Source: Podarcis muralis
Taxonomy: Eukaryota
Assembly: GCF_964188315.1 (NCBI RefSeq)
Contig: NC_135667.1
Span: 27,156,001 to 27,220,000, forward strand
Reading direction: 5' to 3'
Length of the DNA stretch: 64,000 bases
This document shows, piece by piece, positions 25,302 to 36,199 of this stretch (position 1 is the stretch's first letter; every line of letters starts with the position of its first letter). The position numbers and the translations under genes were made by a program. Under the pieces are notes generated by a model, which saw only the letters and a list, made by a program, of their open reading frames with translations, was not told the origin of the DNA and did not search any database.

Positions 25302-26265
25302 GTGCGTGTGTGTGCATGTTGCATGCATGTGTGAGTGTGAAAGGGTGTAGAATGACCTCACCCATGGCCAGCTCTGCACACACACACACACACACAGCCA
25401 AGAGAATGACACCCTCAAGCTGAAAAAGCGTTCCCTGCCTATAGACAAGCAGGCCAAGTCAGAAGTCATAGTCTCATCCGGACTTTCTTTTGTGCCACAC
25501 TTTCCAAGTACAGGTCTGTGCTTTAAAACTCTGCGTCCAATAAGTTTTTTGTTTATTTGTTTATTTTCTCTGGAGGCTCCACCCCCCCCCCCCCCGGGAA
25601 AACCTGTATTTTACCGCTGAATCAGAGCAAACATTCATTCATGGAAACAGGGGTGCTAATTTGAATAAAATATAGGGGGGCAGGTATTGTATGAGAGGGA
25701 AGGACGTTGGCCCCTAGGAGTTGGCTCCTATGCATGGAAGCCCCGATTGTCATTTCCTCCAAGCTTTGCCAGGGAAAGTGCCAGGATAAAAACAACAACA
25801 ACACTCAAAGACAAGCAGCACAAAAGGAAGTCTGGATGAGCCCTAAGTCATAGATCCATGTTGTTTGGCCTTCAGCAACCGGGTGTAAATGAACAGAGTG
25901 AAATCCACTCTCTTTATCTCTAATGAGATGCTTAGGATGCCAGCTCCCCTAGCAGAGCTCAGAGCCTGTTCTGGTACATCTGTCTGCCACTGCTCAAAAC
26001 ACTGACTCCCTTGGCCTGCTCTAGGAATGTCTTGGAGCAGAGTGCTGTTGGTTGTTCTCTACTCACTGCACTGCTCTTTCCCATGCAGGACACCCTGGAG
26101 ATCACAGGCACTTTCAAGCAGATCAAAAGCCAGTTGGTAAAGGAAGGATTTGACCCTGCTGTCATCAGTGACCCCCTCTTCTTCCTCGATGACTCTGAAG
26201 AATGTTACATGCCCTTGACTCCACAGATCTTCAGCACCATTGCAGAGAGGAAGCTGAAGCTGTGA
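11107..26265 (+). CDS. SLC27A2: SLC27A2-like very-long-chain acyl-CoA synthetase / fatty acid transport protein 2, paralogue B (complete, 10 exons, 620 aa)
   Basis: Exons 11107-11584, 13518-13727, 14408-14566, 15317-15441, 19367-19561, 20893-20983, 22174-22372, 23642-23739, 24790-24920, 26089-26265 (478+210+159+125+195+91+199+98+131+177 = 1863 nt). All GT-AG and in frame. Contains AMP-binding [21 protein letters not shown] and the FATP motif [22 protein letters not shown]. Matches the 10-exon/620-aa layout I recall for mammalian SLC27A2 (not re-checked). Confidence 0.93.
11921..12571. mobile_element. PIF/Harbinger-type MITE
   Basis: 26-bp TIRs (GGGCTTGTCCACACTTACCTTTCCTC, 4 mismatches); flanked by TAA / TCA. 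Confidence 0.65.
13518..13727 (+). CDS. SLC27A2: paralogue B exon 2
   Basis: ctttcAG|ATTTCCAGG...ACTACAG|GTgag; encodes ...[11 protein letters not shown]. Confidence 0.92.
13848..14204 (+). mobile_element. Sauria SINE, full length
   Basis: tRNA-like head, BovB-like tail (ACCTTT)n, 13-bp TSD TAGTGCCTTTGAT. Confidence 0.9.
14408..14566 (+). CDS. SLC27A2: paralogue B exon 3
   Basis: [10 protein letters not shown]...[12 protein letters not shown]...GGCLEAG; AG/GT flanks. Confidence 0.92.
15317..15441 (+). CDS. SLC27A2: paralogue B exon 4
   Basis: [22 protein letters not shown]...[10 protein letters not shown]; AG/GT flanks. Confidence 0.92.
15712..15755. repeat. (TTA)n microsatellite
   Basis: Direct reading. 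Confidence 0.95.
16779..17571. mobile_element. nested hAT-like element
   Basis: 17-bp TIRs CAGTGGCGTAGCGTGGG / CCCACGCTACGCCACTG; no matching TSD. Confidence 0.7.
17628..18270 (+). mobile_element. CR1 LINE 3' fragment
   Basis: [21 protein letters not shown]...[22 protein letters not shown]; (ATTCTATG)n tail. Confidence 0.95.
19367..19561 (+). CDS. SLC27A2: paralogue B exon 5
   Basis: [20 protein letters not shown]...[12 protein letters not shown]; AG/GT flanks. Confidence 0.92.
20893..20983 (+). CDS. SLC27A2: paralogue B exon 6
   Basis: [31 protein letters not shown]; AG/GT flanks. Confidence 0.92.
21561..21703. other. assembly gap (143 N) in paralogue B intron 6
   Basis: Run of N; no exon appears lost because exons 6 and 7 join in frame. 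Confidence 0.99.
22174..22372 (+). CDS. SLC27A2: paralogue B exon 7
   Basis: [10 protein letters not shown]...[12 protein letters not shown]...[11 protein letters not shown]; AG/GT flanks. Confidence 0.92.
23642..23739 (+). CDS. SLC27A2: paralogue B exon 8
   Basis: [32 protein letters not shown]; AG/GT flanks. Confidence 0.92.
24790..24920 (+). CDS. SLC27A2: paralogue B exon 9
   Basis: [13 protein letters not shown]...[10 protein letters not shown]; AG/GT flanks. Confidence 0.92.
25254..25316. repeat. (GT)n microsatellite
   Basis: Direct reading. Confidence 0.95.
26089..26265 (+). CDS. SLC27A2: paralogue B exon 10 (terminal)
   Basis: [11 protein letters not shown]...ERKLKL*. Confidence 0.92.
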   Translation, partial: DTLEITGTFKQIKSQLVKEGFDPAVISDPLFFLDDSEECYMPLTPQIFSTIAERKLKL

Positions 26266-26329
26266 AAAGGAGCAATTGTCTCTTTAACTGCCCTAGTGGC
26301 AACCTAGGAACAACTATAGTGTTGAGCTA

Positions 26330-26683
26330 CAGTGGTGCCTCGCAAGACGAAATTACTTCGTTCCGCAGTTTTTTCGTCTTGCGATTTTTTTCGTCTTGCG
26401 AAGCATGGTTTCGGAAAAGTTTTGGAAAAGCTTCAAAAATCACCAAAGTCTTTAAAAACCTCAAAAAAGGCTACCACACCGCGTGCTATGAGTTGCTCCT
26501 TGAAGTCAAGTCGCAACTGTATTAACGGTGTTAAGAAAAAGGAAACAAACTTACAAGACGTTTTCGTCTTGCAAAGCAAGCCCATAGGGAAAATCGTCTT
26601 GCGAAGCAGCTCAAAAAACCAAAAACCCTTTCGTCTTGCGAGTTTTCCGTCTTGCGAGGCATTCGTCTTGTGAGGTACCACTG
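26330..26683. mobile_element. Tigger/pogo-like MITE in the paralogue B 3' region
   Basis: TIRs CAGTGGT(G/A)CCTC(G/A)CAAGACGAA; TA flanks; internal CGTCTTGCGA repeats. Confidence 0.88.
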
Positions 26684-26728
26684 TACTTGGCTTCTGCCTA
26701 GGAAAGAGGGGGTAATCTATTGCCACGG

Positions 26729-26906
26729 CAGAGCTTTCCAAACTTTTCATGTTGGTGACACACTCTTTAGACATGCATCATTTCATGACACAGTAATTTA
26801 GTTCTACTAGCAAACCAGAGGTTAGCGAGGGAAGCATTCACGTGACATACCTACACACTGCAGCTGACACACAAATGTGTCACAACACATGGTTTGGAAA
26901 GCTCTG
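26729..26906. mobile_element. hAT MITE
   Basis: TIRs CAGAGCTTTCCAAAC; 8-bp TSD TGCCACGG/TGCCATGG. Confidence 0.85.
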
Positions 26907-27049
26907 TGCCATGGTTCTCAAAGTGGGCAGTTAACCACCCTGGGTTGTGGTGAAGGGATTACACAGTGGGTGCTAAGAGACAAGTGGGGGTGGCACTGAA
27001 GGTGTAAATGACTATTGGATTTTGAACAAATGTGGGGGGGAAAATTCCC

Positions 27050-28680
27050 CAAAATTTTATTAGTTTTCCACATTTATGACAAATATAACATATAAAACAC
27101 ACAAAACAAAACACATTAGAATACTAAAAAAAGGAAAAAAGGAAAAAACACATATTCTTTCTTATTTTCATTTCAATTTCCATTGTTAAATGACTTCCTC
27201 AAATCCCCCCAACTGAATTTCATTATATCACCTTGTAACAGTTCTCCCAAACATCTTTCTAGATAATTAGTTCCTTCAATTGACTATATTCAACTCTTTT
27301 CTTATTATCTTAATCCATATTACTATACGGATTCTTATTGTTATCCTAGGCCTGTTTAGTACTTTCAAGAACCTTCTCAATTATCTTATATTACAATATT
27401 ATAGTCTTTAACTTTCATCCAGTCTTCTTGGTATTCCTCCTCTTTCTGTTCACAAATTCTTCCACTCAGGTCAGCCAGCTCCAGAAATTCCAACATCTTC
27501 ATCTGCCGTTCTTCTACCGTTGGTTTTTCTTGAGATTTCCAAATTTTTGCTAATAGCAGTCTTGCCGCTGTAGTGGCATACAAAAATAACCTAACATCTT
27601 TTTTGGGCAATTCCAATCCTATTATTCCAAGTAAAAAGGCTTCTGGTTTCTTTACAAATGTATATTTCAACATTTTAAAAACTCATTCCCAGAAGTGCTT
27701 AGGACACGTCCACCACATATGGTGACAGGTGCCTTCCTTTTCTTTACACTTCCAGCATGAGTTATCATACGTATGATAAATCTTTGCTAGTTTTACCGGG
27801 GTTGAGTACCACCTATACATCATTTTCATAATATTTTCTTTTAGTACCGTACATGCCGTGAACTTAACCCCTTTCTTCCACAACCTTTCCCAATCTTCCA
27901 ACATTATATTGTATCCCATGTCTGTTGCCCAATCTATCATAACAGATTTGACTTGTTCATCCTTTGTATGCCACTCCAACAGCAAATTATACATTTTAGA
28001 TAGATTTTTAACATCCGTATCTAACAACTCTGTTTCCAATTTGGTTTTTTCCGTTGCAAAACCATTTTTCTTATCAAGCTTATACAACTCATTGATCTGG
28101 TAATATTGTAACCAACCATCCAGTTTATCTTTAATTTGATCAAATATTCTCAATTTAAATCCTTCATTATCTTCCAAAAATAAATCAGCATATTTCAACC
28201 ATTTAGTCTCCATATTTAGTTTTTTCTGGGCCTTAGCTTCCATTGGTGAAAGCCACCTGGGTGTTTTCCTTCCTAAGAGATCTTTATATCTTATCCAAAC
28301 ATTATATAGAGATTTTCTAATTACATGATTTTTAAAACCTTTGTGGGCCTTTATCTTGCCGTACCATAGACATGCATGCAAACCAAATACATTGTCAAAT
28401 CCCTCCAGATCCAGCATATTAACATTGTCTAATTGAATCCATTCCTTTATCCAGCAGAAAGCTTCAGCTTCAAAATATATCTTCAGGTCTGGCAGGGAGA
28501 ATCCCCCTCTTTCTTTAGTATCTGTTAGTAACATATTTAATTCTGGGTTTTTCCCCCTGCCAGATAAATTGAGACAATGCTTTCTGCCATTCTTTAAAAC
28601 ACTTAACATTATCAATAATTGGTATGGCTTGAAATAAGAACAACATCTTTGGCAATACATTCATCTTTACCACTGAAATT
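27050..28680 (-). mobile_element. 5'-truncated, frameshifted L1 (related subfamily)
   Basis: ORF fragments 27683..28660 and 27386..27673 align by eye with the L1 ORF2 C-terminal third (GGFSLPDLKIY, CWKC..HMWWTC); A-rich tail on the - strand. Confidence 0.9.
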
Positions 28681-29752
28681 AATTGTTACCGTTTTGAATT
28701 TTATTGTGTTATTATCTTTCTTAGTGGGTGGTGCAGACTGCTATTCTGAATAATGCTTTTTAGAGATTAGAAGGCACTGGGGATGAGTTTATGGACTCAA
28801 GGGGGCTGTGGACCAAAATGGTTTGGGAGCCACTGATCTAGTGTTTATTTCTTATCTGCAAACTCTAGGGTGTGAGCATGCATATATATGCATATGCTCT
28901 TGAGTGCATAGGATTTAAAAACAAAACAGCACCTTTTCCTTTAACGTCCTCAATCGGGCAATACCTTTATTAGGACCAAGCAACATGCCACTAAAGAGTT
29001 GCAGGCTTTGGAGTGATGCAGAACTCTTCATCAAGCAAGATATCATACAAAGCAAGTCATGGAGTGAGGAGTGAGGAGAAACAAAGAAGTAAAATATAGG
29101 CTTGATGTTGCAGTCACTAGGTCAGTTTCTAGATTTAGTGTGTGCACAAATTACCACTTTAGAGTGCAGTGAAGTCCCATTTCACAACTCCCTCCCCTCC
29201 AGGTGTTCACATCAGCACAAATTCTTTAGTGTCAGATTTGTTTCTGCTTGTATACAAACTATGTGTAGTGTACTAACAGCACACTGTCTTCTGACTAATA
29301 GCGTATTAATGCTTCCCTTATGTGCAACCCCCCACAACCAGACTGCAGTTTAAGTTACTAATGCATACACTGTCATAGAATGCCATTTTTCTTTGTAGGA
29401 ATGGTGCTACATTTAAATTGGTACAATGGAGTATTAAGAGCATCACAATTGTGGGTCATGCATGCTGAGGTGCAACATTGCATGTTGATGATCGCAAATG
29501 TACGCATATGTAAATCTAGATATTACATACAAATTAAATGCAAAATTCCAAAGGGAGATAAGAAAGTTTGAATTCTGTTTCTTCTTATTTGAATCGATCT
29601 CCCTTTTCTTTACAAGTGAAACTGTGGAAATATATTTTGTTAGACGTTCATCTTTTTTCTTTTCTTTTCAAAAATCATAATCAATCACTGGGTGAGCAGG
29701 ACTTTTGATCGTGGAATGACTTCCTGATGTCCCAAGAAGTTCAGAAACCACC

Positions 29753-30703
29753 TCATATGTTGCTGGCACATGGGAACCCAACAGTCTTTCTGATCACATC
29801 TCTAATTTCTTTGTTTCTCAGAGAATAGATGATGGGGTTGAAGAGAGGGATAAAAAAGGCGTAGATGACTGCAATGATCTTGTCATAACGTCCTGATCCC
29901 ATCCATGTCAAGTGCATGTACATGAAGCCAGTAGTTCCAAAGAAAGTAAGGACCACAATGAGGTGGGAGGCACAGGTGGAAAAAGCCTTCTGGCGCCCCT
30001 CCGAGCTATTGATCTTAACAATGACTTTCAGTATCTTCATGTATGAGAGGAGGATGAGAAAGATGAGGGCCAGGATGGCGATGGTGTGGAGGGCAAAATC
30101 CAACATGATGCTGGTCGATATGTCTGTGCAAGCAAGACTGATCACCTGGGGGAAGTCACAGAATATATGATCTATATGACTAGGCCCACAGAAGGGCAAC
30201 TTGGAAGTCAGAACAATCTCCGGCAAAGGACATGCAAAACCACACGCACAGCATCCCAGCACAAGCTGAATGCAAAGTTGGGGTGTCATCTTGGTCATAT
30301 AGTTTAACGGGGCACAGATGGCTAAGTACCGGCCGTAAGCCATCACTGCGAGCAAGCAGGCCTCTGAGATACCCACACTGTGGAAGAAATAGATTTGCAG
30401 AAGGCAGCTCCTGAAGGAAATGGACTTCTTGCTCCTCAGAAGGTCCACCAACACCCTGGGCATGGTAATGGTAGTATAGAACACCTCCAAGGTGGCCAAC
30501 ACAGCAATGAAGAAATACATGGGGATGTGAAGACGAGGAGTGGCAGAGATGAGGCTGAAGATGAGAGCATTGGCACTGAGGATGAGCAGGTAGATCACTA
30601 AGAAGATGGCAAAGAGAAGTATGCCGTAGTCGCCCAAGTTGAGGAACCCATCAAGCTCAAACTCAGACACTGAAGTGCCATTGATAGCTTCGTCCTGCAT
30701 CAT
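29753..30703 (-). CDS. olfactory receptor, family 6-like (OR6N/6K-type), 316 aa
   Basis: Single-exon 7TM ORF with PRLHIPMYFF, MAYGRYLAIC, KAFSTCASHL and PIIYSLRNKEI; splice acceptor 12 nt upstream of the ATG. Confidence 0.92.
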   Translation of the reverse strand: MMQDEAINGTSVSEFELDGFLNLGDYGILLFAIFLVIYLLILSANALIFSLISATPRLHIPMYFFIAVLATLEVFYTTITMPRVLVDLLRSKKSISFRSCLLQIYFFHSVGISEACLLAVMAYGRYLAICAPLNYMTKMTPQLCIQLVLGCCACGFACPLPEIVLTSKLPFCGPSHIDHIFCDFPQVISLACTDISTSIMLDFALHTIAILALIFLILLSYMKILKVIVKINSSEGRQKAFSTCASHLIVVLTFFGTTGFMYMHLTWMGSGRYDKIIAVIYAFFIPLFNPIIYSLRNKEIRDVIRKTVGFPCASNI

Positions 30704-30812
30704 AGGTAGGCTAATCTAGAATAGGAAATAAAATCTATGAAGATGGGAGGCTGGCAAATGGAAGGTCATGGAGTTCATGTATGCATCAGACTTTCACTGC
30801 ATTTCCCTGTAC

Positions 30813-31063
30813 AGTCATACCTCAGGTTAAATGTGCTTCAGGTTGAGCATTTTCAGGTTACGCTCCATGGCAACCCAGCAGTAACGGAATGTGTTACTTC
30901 CAGTTTTTGTCACTCGCGCATGCGCAGACGCTCAAAATGATGTCATGCGCATGCGCGAAAGCGGCTAATCACAAACCGCGCATGCGCACACACGGGTTGC
31001 GTTTGCTTCAGGATGTGAACAGGGCTCCAGAACAGACCCCGTTCGCATCCAGGGGTACCACTG
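30813..31063. mobile_element. Tigger-like MITE upstream of the OR6-like gene
   Basis: CAGTCATACCTC... / ...GGTACCACTG imperfect TIRs; TA flanks. Confidence 0.7.
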
Positions 31064-31659
31064 TAACTTAAAAGATACCACTCCCCGAAGCTTGCAAGGA
31101 TCATTATGACCACACAAATAGTATAGTACAGGTCAATCTTTTTAACAAAAGCTCCAGAAATTTTGGGGGATCTGTGTGTCAATTACATAAAACCACATAC
31201 TTCCATTCTCAGATATGATTGGAAAAAACAGTGGTTTGGGGGTGGGAGGGGGAAAGGAACATTTCTTTTACTTGGCGCAGATTAGAATATAAATATTTTG
31301 AATTTAAACCTACGTAGTTTAAGCCACTTCTATATCAACCCAACTTGACCATGCAACACTGATAAGAGGCATTTTCAAAGGGAAAAAACCCCACCCCTTC
31401 ACTGACACCAAAGATAAAAGAGAACCCAGGTCTGGATGAAATTTCATGTGCTAATTTACAGGTATTGATGCAAATCCAGATATAATTACTATGCTTTAAT
31501 ATAAATACCATATATCTCACCAGGCAGCGTATGCACATTGCACCTTTATAGCACATTCAAAGCACATTTCCTCCCTCAAAGGATCCTTTGCTCAGGGTGC
31601 AGTGTACAGTAAAAGGGACATTAGAAACCACAAGAGAAGCACTAGTATTAGAAGGTAAA

Positions 31660-31850
31660 AGTTAAAGGTAAAGGACCCCTGGATGGTTGAGTCTAGCAAA
31701 AGGCAACTATGGGGTTGCAGAGCTCAACTCGCTTTCAGGCCGAGGTAGCCGACGTTTATCAACAGGCAGCTTTCCGGTTCATGTGGCCAGCATCACTAAA
31801 CCGCTTCTGGAGCAATGGAACTCAGTGGTTTAGACCACAGCGCAACCCAT
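31660..31850 (-). mobile_element. Sauria SINE fragment (others at about 19660-19800 and 60465-60603)
   Basis: Reverse-complement similarity to 13848-14204. Confidence 0.75.
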
Positions 31851-32252
31851 GTCCTCCTATTAGAAGCGATGGTTAATAAAGGCTGTGCACTGCTGTGCTC
31901 CCTCCCTGCTGAAAGTAATGGGTACAGTCACTGAAGGCAAACGTAGTGCACAAGAATAGGATGGGGTGCAGCTGGCCAGCTCCCACCAATCACAAGAGAC
32001 AGGAAAGTAGAAATTGCACATGGTACCTGGGACTGAAATGGGTTCATCTCTTTTCTACAAAGGGAGCTGTGTGTTTACTCTGCTTTCAATGTAAGGACTC
32101 TATCTGGGGAGTGGTGACAGTGCCTCTGAGTGTATACAGCTTGTCTTTCTTTCCACCTCTAACAAACCACTGCCAGTTCTCAAACATTCAAGATTAAGAA
32201 GCAGAGACTGGAGGCCTGATGAATTATTTCCTCAATGCTTTCAGAAGATATA

Positions 32253-32620
32253 CTGTATTTTTCACTCTATAACACGCACCAGACCATAACACGCACGTAG
32301 TTTTTAGAGGAGAAAAACAGAGGGGGGGGGGGAAATATTCTAAATGAAATAGTGGATATATGATTTTTGTGGTTCATGCTGTGGCCACAGACATGTTATC
32401 TGACAGTGAGTTTGGAGTAGCCCAATGCAAAAATCCTGAGGATTCATGTGGATCCATGCTTTGTAACCACGGAGGAGGGAAGGAAGGGGAACCATGGATC
32501 CTCTGCTCACGACTGCAGCAGATCCCCCCGCCACCCGCAGGCATTCGCTCCGTAACACGCATAGACATTTCCCCTTACTTTCTAGGAGGACAAAAGTGAG
32601 TGTTATGGTGCAAAAAATAC

Positions 32621-32622
<2 letters not shown>
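32253..32622. mobile_element. TcMar Tc2-type MITE
   Basis: TIRs C(C/T)GTATTTTT...; TA flanks. Confidence 0.8.

Positions 32623-32662
<40 letters not shown>
32623..32662. repeat. (AAT)n microsatellite (another at 51602-51647)
   Basis: Direct reading. Confidence 0.95.
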
Positions 32663-32663
<1 letters not shown>

Positions 32664-34566
32664 GTCTCATCCATGAATTGCATCCCTTGAGGCATCCCAA
32701 AGTGATTTACAATGTTACAAAAACATGCATAAAATAATGTAAATATAAAATATTGTGTGTGTGGATAGATAGATAGATAATTAGGTAAGTTAAATATTTA
32801 AAACAGCAATAGGACATACGTAACATACCAATTACATCCAATACAGATACCAACATCGACAAACACCTTAATTTAGAAGACTTGTTGAAAGAAGAATATC
32901 TTTGGCTGGTGCCGAGAAAACAACAGTGATGGTGCCTCTCTGACATTTAATGGGAGTTCCAAGGAGTAGATGCTCCAATGGCAAAGGCTCAATTCTGATA
33001 TTATGCAGAAAGATCAGACAGTGCCTGCAGGATAACCTCTCCTGCAGAATGCAGTGATTTTGGTTTGGCATGTAGAGAACTGAGACAATCTTTTAGATGT
33101 ACCAATCCCCTCGTCCACAATGGGAAAATATAATTCATTCCAAGACTCCTGTGGGAATCCCTTGTTTATTATTACTCAGACTGTAGTTCTTCAGAACAAA
33201 ACTGTTTCCCCAGGAAATCAACATACCCTATTGAGTATAAATATAAATATCTCCTAAAGTCCAACTATACCTGGAGGATTTTTGACTGCAAGAAATTGGA
33301 TCCCGAAACTCTGGAGGCACCAAACATTAGGCTGACTCTTTTTCACACACCACAGGAGCCTCTGGGCTGCAATTCACACAACACACTCATCAGGGAGTAG
33401 TAATTCCCACTGAGTTTATTTGTGAGTAAATGCCCTGAAGAGTTCAGAGAAAAGAAATGCCACGGTGCACCTGTTGTCTCTCCCATATTGGTCTCTACAG
33501 CCACAGCTGGTGCTGTAACTCTCCAATGGTTTGTCTTTATTCCGGAAGGCACACTATTCACTTGTCTCCCAAGATGCCAACACAAAAATCCAGTTAGGAG
33601 TGGGCTGCCAATCACCTGAAAGGGAAGGAATGTCTCTCATCCGAAAAGGTTTGCTCTTATAATTAATGAGGGAGCTTTAAATATAGTCAATTTGGGTAGT
33701 TGTCATACACCTTACATGAAGGATGTTATTTAAAAAGCAAAGAAAGCAGGAAACAAATGAATAATCAAAACAAATCTCCCAAAAGAGTAATGTAAGCTAA
33801 TTTTTCCTACTCCACCCCTTCCAATAGATCAGCATCAACTTATGTCTGGGTGTTAAAAGCGATCCTCCTTTAACACACACACACTCTCTCTCTCTACATA
33901 ATTTTCATAACTTTCAGAAGCTTCCACCTTACTAAGCATTGTGGGTGGATATTCCATAACTAGACTGCTTCTCTTGAATACTCCCAGCAAAGATTCCACA
34001 CTTCCCTAGCCTTTTCGACTAGCATTGCTGTAATCCAAAAATATATCCTCATGTTGTTCATCAGAGACCCTTGTTTGGAGCTTCCAAGAAAGGGAAGAGG
34101 AAACTGTTGCCCCCCATAGGGCCAACTAGTCCTTATCATACAGCTAATCCAGCTGCCTTGAACTCATCCCACATTGCCATGCCTTCAACCAGTCCTGTTT
34201 CCTGCTAGGACTTGATGCTCAATTGAGTACCATAAGGGAGAACAGAAACGCCTTGTTTCAAAAACCCCACTGGCACCACTCAAAGCTTTGGTTATGACCC
34301 ACAAAGCTATACAGCTTGAGTTCAGGCTCTCTGAATGACCATCTCTCTCTCTATGATTCTGCTCGGCTTGGGGATATTCCAAGGAAGTCTTTCTCTCAGT
34401 CCCATCTCACTCACAGCTACTTTTGGTGAAGATAAGAGACAACCTTCTTGGTGGCTGCTCCCAGATTGTGGAACTACCTTCCAAGGGAGACTAGACTGGC
34501 CCTAGTCAGCTTCCCTGTCACCAGCAGGCACACTTTTTTTCCCTTCCGACAGGCCTTTTTCCTCGC

Positions 34567-34702
34567 CAGACTTCCTCAACCTCGGCCCTCCAGATGTTTT
34601 TGGCCTACAACTCCCATGATCCCTACCTAGCAGGACCAGTGGTCAGGGATGATGGGAACTGTAGTCTCAAAACATCTGGAGGGCCGAGTTTGAGGAAGCT
34701 TG
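34567..34702. mobile_element. hAT MITE (same family)
   Basis: Palindromic CCCTCCAGATGTT...AACATCTGGAGGG core. Confidence 0.75.
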
Positions 34703-34870
34703 TTCTTTGGCCACTAACTGGCTGTCATGGCAGGGTAGGTGTTGTTCTTTGTGTCTGCGTGTGTGTGCTTTTAAAATGATTTTCGGAGATTCTCAGTGCT
34801 GTATTTATCATAGCAACTATCAAAACAAATACATTATTTGTAATAATAAATAAAATATAAGCCAATCGTT

Positions 34871-35665
34871 TTTGTTGTTGTTTAGTCGTTTAGTCGTGTC
34901 CGACTCTTCGTGACCCCATGGACCAGAGCACGCCAGGCACTCCTGTCTTCCACCGCCTCCCGCAGTTTGGTCAGGCTCATGTTGGTAGCTTCAAGAACAC
35001 TATCCAACCATCTCATCCTCTGTCGTCCCCTTCTCCTTGTGCCCTCCATCTTTCCCAACATCAGGGTCTTTTCCAGGGAGTCTTCTCTTCTCATGAGGTG
35101 GCCAAAGTATTGGAGCCTCAACTTCACGATCTGTCCTTCCAGTGAGCACTCAGGTCTGATTTCCTTAAGAATGGATGCGTTTGATCTTCTTGCAGTCCAT
35201 GGGACTCTCAAGAGTCTCCTCCAGCACCATAATTCAAAAGCATCAATTCTTCGGCGATCAGCCTTCTTTATGGTCCAGCTCTCACTTCCATACATCACTA
35301 CTGGGAAAACCATGGCTTTAACTATACGGACCTTTGTTGGTAAGGTGATGTCTCTACTTTTTAAGATGTTGTCTAGATTTGCCATCGCCTTTCTCCCAAG
35401 GAGCAGGCGTCTTTTAATTTCGTGACTGCTGTCACCATCTGCAGTGATCATGGAGCCCAAGAAAATAAAATCTCTCACTGCCTCCATTTCTTCCCCTTCT
35501 ATTTGCCAGGAGGTGATGGGACCAGTGGCCATGATCTTCGTTTTTTTGATGTTGAGCTTCAGACCATATTTTGCGCTCTCCTCTTTCACCCTCATTAAAA
35601 GGTTCTTTAATTCCTCCTCACTTTCTGCCATCAAGGTTGTGTCATCTGCATATCTGAGGTTGTTG
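34871..35665 (-). mobile_element. RTE-BovB LINE, 5'-truncated
   Basis: NNLRYADDTTLMAESEEEL...WRALVHGVTKSRTRLND; (CAA)n tail; AAGCCAATC duplicated at 34859-34867 and 35666-35674. Confidence 0.95.
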
Positions 35666-36199
35666 AAGCCAATCATTAAAAACATTTTATATTTATAATT
35701 TAATATCTCTTCTTTGTTAGTCACCGTAATAAAAACAGGGTTTTAGTGATTTGGTATCTTATTACATTCCACAGAAAACTTGTCTGAAATGCTGTTTGAT
35801 GCTCCAGAACCTGTCTATTTGTACATACTTGTGTGGAATCTTGATTAAAATAAAAATGGGGGAAATAAACCGAAAGTTAACTTTCCTAAATATTTCTGTT
35901 GTTTTCTGCTCACCTGCAGCAACCTAACAGACAAGTAAATGGTGAAACAAGGTAAAGAAAACACCACTAGGCTACCCGCCTAGGTGGACCAGGGTGCCCT
36001 GTCCCCGCTAAAGACCTTCTGTGGGTTTTCACTTTGCTTCTCCATTTGAAGGAGGCTTGGTTCAGAAGAGCCAGGAATCTGCATTGCAAAAGTAAAGAAT
36101 AACAAATCGCTGGCCTAGATCATGTTTACATCTCTTGATGAGATTAGCTCGGCAAGCGGTTCAGAAGATCACAATCCAATTCGGGTACGAGGGTGACCG

